Below are positions 25,094-32,906 of a stretch of 53,065 nucleotides of DNA, piece after piece. Within the stretch, counting starts at the first letter, position 1; the number at the start of each line of letters is the position of its first letter. Both the position numbers and the translations under genes were made by a program. Source of the stretch: a virus (taxonomy: Duplodnaviria; Caudoviricetes); IMG/VR virus record IMGVR_UViG_3300031999_000029, positions 1-53,065 of that record. One strand, 5' to 3'. Under the pieces are notes generated by a model that had not been told where the DNA came from, searched no databases, and saw only the letters and a program-made list of their open reading frames with translations.

Positions 25094-25123
25094 TTGACGG
25101 CCGCACCCTTTTAGCCGTATCAC
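25094..25123 (+). promoter_or_regulatory. Sigma70-like promoter upstream of the capsid gene
   Basis: TTGACG-N18-TATCAC. Confidence 0.45.
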
Positions 25124-25168
25124 TTAACGTGTACCGCAAAAGCGGCCAAACCAAAGTAGGAGATCACG

Positions 25169-26572
25169 ATGCCTGATTTTTCAACGATTTTGATGGCTCC
25201 GGACATCCGAGCGCTCACTCAAGAAAACATTCTGGAGCGCGCCTTTCACGACGCACTCTATCCACGGAACCTGTTCCGTGGTGAGGCCATGCCGCAACTG
25301 TGGCCCAACAACGTCGGCGACACGATGGTGTTCACCGGCACCGGTCTTCTGAAGACGAAGCAGAAGGCGCTCGTGCCCGGCACCGATCCGACCCCGAGTC
25401 AGTTCCAGTATGAGCAGTGGACGGCTCAGTTGCAGCAATACGCGGACGCGATCGACACGCACATGCCGTCGAGCATCACCGCGATCGCTTCGCTGTTTCT
25501 CCGCAACGCGCAGCAACTCGGCCTCGGCGCCGCGCAGACGCTCAACCGCATCTCGCGCAACAAGATGTACAACGCGGCTCTCTCCGGCTCGACCGTCGCG
25601 GACGGCGGCCCGCAGAGCGGCACGACCCTTCGGGTCAAGCGGCTGAACGGCTTCACCCGCGCCCGCCGGCCGGATCTTCCGCTCGGCAGTGCGGTGCGTT
25701 TCGACACCGTGTCGCCGAACAACAAGTTGGCGATCCGGGTGTTCGACAACGGCGCTGACGCGGCGTTCAACGTGATCGGCTTCTCGGCCGACACCGCCGG
25801 CGACGAGGCGGGCCCCGGCACCTTGACTCTGGAATCCGCGATGACGGCAGTGGCCGCTCGCGCCTATGTGGTCGCAAACGACCGCACCGTTCTGGTGCGT
25901 GTCGGCGGCGGCCTCAAGGTCGACGATGTCGGCTCCGGTGACAAGTTCACCCTGGCGGACATCCGATCGGCAGTGGCGCGGCTCTGGTCGCAGAACGTGC
26001 CGGAGCAAGCCGACGGTCGCTTCCACTGTCACATCGATCCGATCAGCCAGGCTCAGATTTTCGCCGACGATCAGTTCGCTCGGCTGCTGACCTCGTTGCC
26101 GGATTTTTTCATGTACCGGCAATTCGCCATCGGTGAGCTGCTCGGCACCGTGTTTTTCCGCAACTCCGAGTGCCCCGGCCCGGACACCGTCGAAGGCGGT
26201 CTCACGGCGTCGTACTCGCAGGACGATCCGTTCGCCGGCGAGCTTTACAACGACGGCACCACGAGCGGCGTGAAGATTCATCGTCCGCTGTTCGTCGCGC
26301 AAGGTCTACTCATGGAATACTACCAGGATCTTTCCGGCCTCATCACCGAGGCGGGGATCACGGGTGCCGTGGGCGAGCCCAAGGTGACGAACAACGGCAT
26401 CGAGATTTACAGCGATCGGATCCAGCTCATCATCCGTTCGCCGCTCAACCGGTTGCAGGACATGGTCAGTACCGCGTGGAAGTTCATCGGTGACTGGCCC
26501 ATCCGAACCGACAGCGTGACGGGCGACGCCGCCAGGATCAAGCGCGCTCTGATCGTCGAGCACGGAGAGTAG
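25169..26572 (+). CDS. Major capsid protein (HK97 fold, N4-gp56-like features)
   Basis: 467 aa after the scaffold, AGGAG RBS, strong codon bias; GDT..F, LQQY, IGEL.G..F and PLNRLQ...WK motifs. Confidence 0.88.
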   Translation: MPDFSTILMAPDIRALTQENILERAFHDALYPRNLFRGEAMPQLWPNNVGDTMVFTGTGLLKTKQKALVPGTDPTPSQFQYEQWTAQLQQYADAIDTHMPSSITAIASLFLRNAQQLGLGAAQTLNRISRNKMYNAALSGSTVADGGPQSGTTLRVKRLNGFTRARRPDLPLGSAVRFDTVSPNNKLAIRVFDNGADAAFNVIGFSADTAGDEAGPGTLTLESAMTAVAARAYVVANDRTVLVRVGGGLKVDDVGSGDKFTLADIRSAVARLWSQNVPEQADGRFHCHIDPISQAQIFADDQFARLLTSLPDFFMYRQFAIGELLGTVFFRNSECPGPDTVEGGLTASYSQDDPFAGELYNDGTTSGVKIHRPLFVAQGLLMEYYQDLSGLITEAGITGAVGEPKVTNNGIEIYSDRIQLIIRSPLNRLQDMVSTAWKFIGDWPIRTDSVTGDAARIKRALIVEHGE

Positions 26573-27120
26573 TGATCAATCCTCTTTCGCCCCCCGTCGC
26601 CCTCGGGCGGCGGGGGTGCGAGGGGCGAATGGATCAGGGGTTTTCAAGTTGCTCTCCTTGTGGGAGCATTTCGAGCTGCGAGATACCTTCGGGGATCTCT
26701 TTCGATTCGCACTGGCGTGTTGAATCGGCGGCTCAACCGCTCGCTACTGTCTTCGGACGGTTACGCCAACGAGCGGGGTTTCGCCACTCTTTGTTTCGGC
26801 TCGTGCGTTCCCTTGTTCTGACACTCTTCGGTCAAGAGTTGACGACGTTCGGGAACCTTGTTGCCGAAAGACCTTCGGGTTTGAGTGGCGTGGTATTTGC
26901 GCAAACCCTGGCTTACGCCACGGAACCGCGCAGAGTTTTGGCAGCCAGTCTGATGTGTCCGGCTGTGCCGGGGATACACGGATGACTCGGGGCCTTGTGT
27001 TGTCGGTCTTCGGACCGATCGCCTGGAGTGGGACACGAGATTGACGGGCAACTTCCCAACGGTCGGGATAATGATCGGTGCCCATCTAATTTGTGTCTCA
27101 CTCCGCTGCCTTTTAATCGC
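26573..27120 (+). ncRNA. Candidate large structured non-coding RNA
   Basis: No credible ORF in ~560 nt; four cUUCGg-capped stems, nested multi-branch helices and a 15-bp stem (27025-27039/27090-27104) with G-U pairs that favour the + strand. Confidence 0.68.
26591..26616 (+). terminator. Strong GC hairpin after the capsid gene (terminator, processing site or first stem of the RNA)
   Basis: CCCCCGTCGCC-CTCG-GGCGGCGGGGG; no adjacent U-tract. Confidence 0.4.
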
Positions 27121-27133
27121 ATAGGAGGATGCC

Positions 27134-27472
27134 ATGGCCAGGAAAGTGAATCCGCAACTCAGCATCAAGCCGATACCGATGTCGAGCGAAAACTCGAAGC
27201 CCACGGATCCGGGCGTGAAGGCGGCGGCTCCGGCCGCTCCAGAAGTTGCTCCGGCCGCTCCCGAAGCTGCCCCGGTTGCCCCGGCCGCTCCGGCGGCGGC
27301 GCCTGTGGCCGAGAAACCGGCGAGCCGGTATCGGGTCAAGACGCAAAAGTCGTTCTCGTTGCACGGACAGATCGTGACCTGGCACGTAGGCGACGTCGTC
27401 GAGGTGTCGAGCTACGGTCTCGACGGGATCAAGCGCGCAATCGACGCGGGCGTGGAGCTGGAGAAGTTCTAA
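27134..27472 (+). CDS. Head-associated protein with Pro/Ala-rich linker
   Basis: AGGAGG RBS; APAAPE repeats at about 27221-27305. Confidence 0.75.
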   Translation: MARKVNPQLSIKPIPMSSENSKPTDPGVKAAAPAAPEVAPAAPEAAPVAPAAPAAAPVAEKPASRYRVKTQKSFSLHGQIVTWHVGDVVEVSSYGLDGIKRAIDAGVELEKF

Positions 27473-27877
27473 ATGCCGCTAGATGCCAGAGAGAAAGAGC
27501 GGGTGCGGTATCATCTCGGCTACCTAGCCGTGCAGCCAGCCGCTTCACTCTCGTTCGGCATACCCCGTCCGTTGCAAACGATCTTTCTTGTCGATTCGGC
27601 GATGTCGTATCTTATCGAGGACGCCGTCGATCGCGTGCGTCGCGTGCTCAAGATCATGGACGATCTGGAGCTGAAGTTGATTGATTCTCAGGATCGTCTC
27701 GCTGCCATACAGCTCGACTCACTCAAGTTGCGAGAGAACGAGCCGGATCAGCTCGAAAAGGAATATGCGCGTTGGGGCTTTCGTCTTGCCGATATTCTCG
27801 GCGTGCCTGTTTACCCCTACTCGACGCGCTACCGAGTCGCCATGGGCGTGCGCTCCGGGTCGATCCCGGTGAGGTAG
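27473..27877 (+). CDS. Head-tail adaptor (connector)
   Basis: EKERVRYHLGY N-terminus, helical, position after capsid. Confidence 0.65.
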   Translation: MPLDAREKERVRYHLGYLAVQPAASLSFGIPRPLQTIFLVDSAMSYLIEDAVDRVRRVLKIMDDLELKLIDSQDRLAAIQLDSLKLRENEPDQLEKEYARWGFRLADILGVPVYPYSTRYRVAMGVRSGSIPVR

Positions 27878-27883
27878 CCTGTC

Positions 27884-28411
27884 GTGGCAACCAAGTTCAC
27901 CGATCTCACCGCGAAGCAAATCACCGCGACGCTGGCGCAACGGCTGATTCCAGTAGCCGATCGCGTGCGCGATCTTTTCACTCGCTTCGGAATGCGGCCC
28001 TATAAGATCCGCATCGTGCGCGTGAGGTGGAGCGACGGGTCGCGCGGAGTCGGAACGCCGATTGTCGAAAACACTCTCGACTTGTTGCCGACGCCGCTGG
28101 TGCAAGACTTGACCACGTTGACGGAGATCGTGCAGCCGGTCGGGCTCGACGAGGTCGGCAGCATTCTCGTGTCGGAAATCAGCGGACGATTCACCGACAA
28201 CGATCTTCGCTTCTTGTCGGCTGACGGGCGCCCCCCGGATCCGGACGTCGAAGTGTACTACGAGATCGAATTTCCGAAGCTCGACGGCACGAGCGACAAG
28301 CGGCGCTTCTTTCTTCGTTCGGCGCCGCACTACGCCGCCGGTCGTTTCATGTGGCAGTTGCGTTTAGAGAAGGCTCACGAAGATCGGGCGCGCAACGGGG
28401 ATCCCGAGTGA
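27884..28411 (+). CDS. Putative head closure / stopper protein
   Basis: Synteny, beta-rich 175 aa. Confidence 0.55.
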   Translation: MATKFTDLTAKQITATLAQRLIPVADRVRDLFTRFGMRPYKIRIVRVRWSDGSRGVGTPIVENTLDLLPTPLVQDLTTLTEIVQPVGLDEVGSILVSEISGRFTDNDLRFLSADGRPPDPDVEVYYEIEFPKLDGTSDKRRFFLRSAPHYAAGRFMWQLRLEKAHEDRARNGDPE

Positions 28412-28935
28412 TGGCGACCATTACCGTCAACATGACTCTGGAGCAGTGGCAGGCGTACATGCGTGACCTGGGGAAAAATTTCGTTCCGATGGCAGTGCGC
28501 GGGGTGCAATCGGGAACCCTTCGGTGTGTGAAAGTCATGCAGGACCGTACGAAAGAGGCGCCACCCGCGAGCGAGCGCGGGAAAACAGGGGCTTTCAACT
28601 ATGGTCGATACCACGCGTCATGGCGATCGAACCCGCTGCCGAACGGCGCCGAGGTTCGTAACGACGCTCCCTATTCGTCCGTGATCGAGTACGGACGTCG
28701 GCCCGCCGCTGTGAGTCGGCAGGGTAAAGTCAGTCTCGAACGATGGGCGCAACGAAAGCTCGGGTTGAATGCCGTGCAAGCGAAAGACGCCGCGTGGGCC
28801 ATCGCGCAGACGTTGAAAACCCGACCATTGCGGGCGCGCAAAGTGATGTCGGGCGGGTTGGATCAGATGGTCAAGATCGTGAATGACGAGGTCGATGCCG
28901 AGATGCAAAGGGCGCTCGGGAGGAAGCCTAAATGA
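28411..28935 (+). CDS. HK97 gp10-like tail completion / neck protein
   Basis: ATG 28411; G.Y..SW and V.NDAPYSSVIEYGRRP motifs. Confidence 0.72.
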   Translation: MATITVNMTLEQWQAYMRDLGKNFVPMAVRGVQSGTLRCVKVMQDRTKEAPPASERGKTGAFNYGRYHASWRSNPLPNGAEVRNDAPYSSVIEYGRRPAAVSRQGKVSLERWAQRKLGLNAVQAKDAAWAIAQTLKTRPLRARKVMSGGLDQMVKIVNDEVDAEMQRALGRKPK

Positions 28936-29621
28936 GCGACGGGGCACAGGTGCGCGCCACGCTTGTCACCTCTTCCGAGGCGGCGCCGACTGTCACGGAC
29001 GTGCGCGAAACCGATGTTCGCACGGCGTTGACGCGAGGGCTCGCCGACTATCTCACCACGTCCGTCTTTCGTGCCCCCGGAGGGCGAGAGATCCGTTTCA
29101 AGAAAGTGTTGTCGACGTGGGCCGAGCCGGAAGATCCGGCGGCGTATCCGGCGGCGGTTGTCTACTCTCCCGAGCCGGGGTTGTACGACGCTAGCCGTTT
29201 GACGCCGTCGATGCCGAACGCTCGGAATCGGATCGGCACCTCGAATTTCTATCTCGTGAGTTCGTGCGAGTTCGTCATCGATCTCCGCGTGGAGATTTGG
29301 GCGAACGATCCAAAAGAGCGCATGGAGATCGTCGCCGGGCTGGAGCGATCCCTTAGTCCGGTCGACTTCATGTATGGGTTCAAGGTTTTGTTGCCGTACT
29401 ACTACGGGCAGCTTGCCGTCTTCGAGCCGAAGTCGATGCAGTATATCGACTCGGAAGAGGACGCGATGCGCCGCTACCGCCGTGCGGTTTTCGTCATCAC
29501 CGGCCAGTTGCCCGTCGGGAACGTGTTCGAGTATCCGATCGCCAAGCCCAAGGTACTCTTGGACGAGGTCGGTCCGGATGTGGTAATTACAGGACCGAAT
29601 GTTGTGGTGCAGGATTGCTAG
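28932..29621 (+). CDS. Putative tail terminator protein
   Basis: YPAAVV motif; immediately before the sheath gene. Confidence 0.55.
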   Translation: MSDGAQVRATLVTSSEAAPTVTDVRETDVRTALTRGLADYLTTSVFRAPGGREIRFKKVLSTWAEPEDPAAYPAAVVYSPEPGLYDASRLTPSMPNARNRIGTSNFYLVSSCEFVIDLRVEIWANDPKERMEIVAGLERSLSPVDFMYGFKVLLPYYYGQLAVFEPKSMQYIDSEEDAMRRYRRAVFVITGQLPVGNVFEYPIAKPKVLLDEVGPDVVITGPNVVVQDC

Positions 29622-29643
29622 AATCTTTGGAAAAACGTACACT
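29615..29643 (+). promoter_or_regulatory. Sigma70-like promoter upstream of the sheath gene
   Basis: TTGCTA-N17-TACACT. Confidence 0.55.
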
Positions 29644-29685
29644 GCCGTTGCCGAATCGGTAGGTTCAAAACTGTAGGAGGCCGTC

Positions 29686-31698
29686 GTGGCTGGTTTCATT
29701 CGTCGCTTTCAGTCGTTCCCCGGTGTGGAAGTCATCACAGCAATCGAGGGTGTAGTGATCGTCGATCTTCCGCCTCCCGGCAGCATCAACGGTGTCGGCG
29801 TCGGCACGGTCGCCATCGTTGGTGAGTTTGCGGACATGACGTTCGCAACGTCTGTCGACTCCGTCGGCGTCGTTTCCACCAATCCGATCCCCGTCGAGGT
29901 TTTGACCGGGCAGGACATGCTCAACAAGGTGGGCGGCTTCGACTCCACGATCGGCGACACCGGTATCTCGGGCGGCAACGGCTTCATCGCGCTGCGCAAC
30001 AAGAAGTTTTCGCGGCTCGTCTTGGTGCCGATCAATCTGGCCTCCCCTCTCGGCGTGCGGCTCGCGCGATTCTTGCCGACGAACAAGGGTTCGACCAATC
30101 CGACCCCGGCGGTGCCGATCGCGGCTGCGACGGTGGCGGCGGGGCGCGAATTCAAATCGTCAACCAACCGCGCGCGTCTCGGCGCTCGCGTGGTCTTCAC
30201 GGACGCCGGCCACTACAAGCAAGGCGTCGACGGCGCCGTGACCGTGGCGGGCTCTCCCGCCGCGACGCAACTTTTCACCGCTGCCGGCGGCGCGTTCACT
30301 ACGGCGAAGAATGGCGGACCGGTTCAAGAGGGTGACATTCTGGTGGTCGGAGTCATCGGCGCGGCTGGTGCGCAAGGCAACAACGCCGGAGCCGGTTTGA
30401 ACTACGGCAATTTCAGAGTCGCCGCCGACGCAAGCTCGGCGACGCAACTCACTGTCGAGATGATCGACGGCATCAACTTCGATTGGGCGACGTCTGGCGG
30501 CAGCCTGGCGTGGCGCATTCATCCGTCCACCGACGCCGACACCGGCCTCAACCATCAGATGTCGGAAGCCGCTGGCTACACACTGCCGGCGCGGCCTCTC
30601 GATTCGACGATCGCCGCGAGCATCACTCTCGGCCCGACTCTCTCTCCACCCGTGCCGACCGCGTCGTCGTGGGATCCGCTGTCGGGCTTGCTCATGAAGA
30701 CGTCGCCGACGTCTCCCGGGCTGGCGTACGACGCCGATGTGCAGGCTCCGAATGCCGTGAGTCACGCGAAGCTCACGGCGCTCTATTCGACCGCGATTGA
30801 CGCGTTGCTGACCGACGATCTGCCGGCCCGCGATGTCAACATCGTGGTCGCGGCGAGACACAACTCGGACATCCGAACGAAGCTCAAGTCGCACGTGCTC
30901 ACCGCGAGCACGCAAGGCGTTGGCCGAGTGGCGGTTGTGTCGCCGGAGCTGACAACCCTATCGATCGATACGGTGGTCGGCGACAGCGATCCGGGCGTCG
31001 GGGCCAATCGCAACGAGCGCATTTTCTACGATTGGCCGGGCGCTCTCACCTTCATTCCGGAGGCGGTGGGCTTCAACATGAAGGGAGCCGACGGCAAGCT
31101 CTACGCCGACGGCAACGTCGACACGCATTTCGACGCGTGGATGGCGAGCATTTTGTCGGTGCTCGCTCCCGAGCGCAACCCCGGGCAAGCGGCGCCGCCG
31201 ATCCCCGAGATCCTCGCCCCCGTGAAGGGCGTGCAGCGCGGAGTGACCAAGTTGCAGATCGGCGACTACACGTTGCTTCGGCAGCGCGGAGTCGCGGCCT
31301 TGCGAATCGATCGCACGGTCGGGCCGATCATTCAATCCGGAATCACTTCGTCTCTCATTTCGGGCGAGAAGAACATCAATCGTCGGCGCATGGCGGACTT
31401 CCTCGAAGACTCCATGTCGCAACGGCTGGTGCAGTTCTCCAAGTTGCCGCTGACCCCGGCTCTCAAAGACACCATCGTCGGTGAAATGGATGCGTTTCTC
31501 GCGGGTCTGTTGTCGATTAACAACCCGCCGGCGCAGCGCATTGCCGGGTACATCATCGACGACAAGAGCGGTAACACGCCGGATCTCGAAGCCAAGGGCA
31601 TTTTCGTGGCGATTGCGAAAGTGCGCACGTTGGCGACGGCCGACTTCATTGTGCTCCAGGTGGAAGCGGGCGAGGGTGTGAACGTCACCGCGAAGTAG
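29686..31698 (+). CDS. Contractile tail sheath protein
   Basis: PGV...V.IVD..PPGSI.GVG...AIVGEF N-terminus; INRRRMADF and IDDKSGNTP C-terminus; 670 aa. Confidence 0.9.
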   Translation: MAGFIRRFQSFPGVEVITAIEGVVIVDLPPPGSINGVGVGTVAIVGEFADMTFATSVDSVGVVSTNPIPVEVLTGQDMLNKVGGFDSTIGDTGISGGNGFIALRNKKFSRLVLVPINLASPLGVRLARFLPTNKGSTNPTPAVPIAAATVAAGREFKSSTNRARLGARVVFTDAGHYKQGVDGAVTVAGSPAATQLFTAAGGAFTTAKNGGPVQEGDILVVGVIGAAGAQGNNAGAGLNYGNFRVAADASSATQLTVEMIDGINFDWATSGGSLAWRIHPSTDADTGLNHQMSEAAGYTLPARPLDSTIAASITLGPTLSPPVPTASSWDPLSGLLMKTSPTSPGLAYDADVQAPNAVSHAKLTALYSTAIDALLTDDLPARDVNIVVAARHNSDIRTKLKSHVLTASTQGVGRVAVVSPELTTLSIDTVVGDSDPGVGANRNERIFYDWPGALTFIPEAVGFNMKGADGKLYADGNVDTHFDAWMASILSVLAPERNPGQAAPPIPEILAPVKGVQRGVTKLQIGDYTLLRQRGVAALRIDRTVGPIIQSGITSSLISGEKNINRRRMADFLEDSMSQRLVQFSKLPLTPALKDTIVGEMDAFLAGLLSINNPPAQRIAGYIIDDKSGNTPDLEAKGIFVAIAKVRTLATADFIVLQVEAGEGVNVTAK

Positions 31699-31700
31699 GC

Positions 31701-31730
31701 TTGACTCTGTTCGTGCGGCAGTGGCATTCT
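31701..31730 (+). promoter_or_regulatory. Promoter-like element between sheath and tube genes
   Basis: TTGACT-N18-CATTCT. Confidence 0.4.
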
Positions 31731-31773
31731 AGCCACTGAATCACGGCTTCACCCTCGCGTTTCGTGAGGGGAT

Positions 31774-31820
31774 AGGGCGCGTGAAGAGGCTTCGGCCACT
31801 TCACGCGCCTTTTTGTTTTT
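31774..31820 (+). terminator. Rho-independent terminator
   Basis: GGCGCGTGAAG-A-GGC-TTCG-GCC-A-CTTCACGCGCC followed by TTTTTGTTTTT. Confidence 0.85.
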
Positions 31821-31848
31821 GCACGGGCTGTGGCCCGAGGAGTGAAAA

Positions 31849-32280
31849 ATGGCGGACCAACGCATTAAAGGACAAGAAGTTGAAGTGCTACTCGTGGTCG
31901 ACGGTGATGTGCAGGACACCGTCACCGACGTGCGCTCGTTCGAGGTGGCAGCCAAGCTCGAATTGAAGGAAGAGGGCTACCTCGGCGAGAAGACGAACCG
32001 CTACGACGAAATCTTCAACGGGGTTCGCGGTCGCGTCGAGCTGCATTTCGAGAACAGCGACGTGTTCAGCACGATCCAATCGATCATCGACCGTGCCAAG
32101 CGGCGCACCCCGGGCACTCAGATCAACATCAAAGCGACGCTCAACTTCCCCAACGGGGACCGGCCTCGCGTGATGATCTCCGACGCGTTTTTCGGCGAAG
32201 TGCCGATTTCGTTCGGCAGCCGCGCCGACTACGGCACGGTCGGGCTCGACTTCTCGGCGTCGGACATCAGCATTCTGTAA
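31849..32280 (+). CDS. Tail tube protein
   Basis: 143 aa directly after the sheath, GAGGAG RBS, beta-rich. Confidence 0.8.
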   Translation: MADQRIKGQEVEVLLVVDGDVQDTVTDVRSFEVAAKLELKEEGYLGEKTNRYDEIFNGVRGRVELHFENSDVFSTIQSIIDRAKRRTPGTQINIKATLNFPNGDRPRVMISDAFFGEVPISFGSRADYGTVGLDFSASDISIL

Positions 32281-32310
32281 CCCAAGCCATTCACTTAAAC
32301 GGAGGGTGTC

Positions 32311-32685
32311 ATGGCAAACGCGATCAGAGAAAAGATAGAAGCGGCGAAAGCAGTACGACCGGTTTACGTGTACGAGATCCCGGCGTCTCTCGGCGACGAG
32401 GTCAAGACGATCGGGCTCGTGCAGCTCACGGCACACGAAGAAATGATGTGCGCCAAGCGGTCGAACGGCGACACGTTCAAAATGGCGTACGAGCAGTTGA
32501 AGCAGGCGCTCGTGGAAGTGAATGGGGAGACCGTGAAGATCGCCGACGGCTCGGCCGACGCTGCTTTTGGCAAGATGAGCCCACCCGTTCGACAGCTTCT
32601 CATGACAGCGCACGCGAAGCTGCATGCGCCGCCGGAGGAAGCGGTCGAGGATTTTCTGGCGAGTCGGCAAGTTCGGGTGGGCTAG
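32311..32685 (+). CDS. Tail assembly chaperone (gpG-like)
   Basis: Between tube and tape measure; GGAGG RBS. Confidence 0.75.
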   Translation: MANAIREKIEAAKAVRPVYVYEIPASLGDEVKTIGLVQLTAHEEMMCAKRSNGDTFKMAYEQLKQALVEVNGETVKIADGSADAAFGKMSPPVRQLLMTAHAKLHAPPEEAVEDFLASRQVRVG

Positions 32686-32906
32686 TCCATTACGGGGCGT
32701 TCCTACTCGCCACGAGCCGACTCGGGAGCGTGGACGAACACATGCGCCGGATCTGGCGCCTCGTGGCCTTCCTCGGGAGGTATGGGCATCAGCCGGTTGA
32801 GGATTGTTTGCACATGACGTTTGCCGACCTGTGCAGTTTGGCTGAAGGCGTCAGTGAATTGCTTCGGGAAGAGAGCGACGCGATGAGGACAAACGCCAAT
32901 GGTTGA
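32649..32906 (+). CDS. Tail chaperone -1 frameshift extension (gpT-like)
   Basis: G_GAT_TTT heptamer at 32649-32655; -1 frame stays open to 32906 (IWRLVAFLGRYGHQP). Confidence 0.6.
   Translation, partial: GFSGESASSGGLVHYGAFLLATSRLGSVDEHMRRIWRLVAFLGRYGHQPVEDCLHMTFADLCSLAEGVSELLREESDAMRTNANG

Noticed and set aside
26572-26985. 137-aa ORF after the capsid gene and other ORFs in this gap
   Set aside because: No RBS, lacks the GC3 bias of true genes, no recognisable motifs; RNA structure explains the sequence better
26573-27133. tRNA, tmRNA, RNase P or self-splicing intron in the post-capsid gap
   Set aside because: No cloverleaf with T-loop and CCA, no RNase P P4 consensus, no group II domain V, and both flanking genes are intact. 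A covariance-model search is still needed to exclude these formally.
27221-27305. Repeat-mediated regulatory element
   Set aside because: Explained as a coding Pro/Ala linker (APAAPE)
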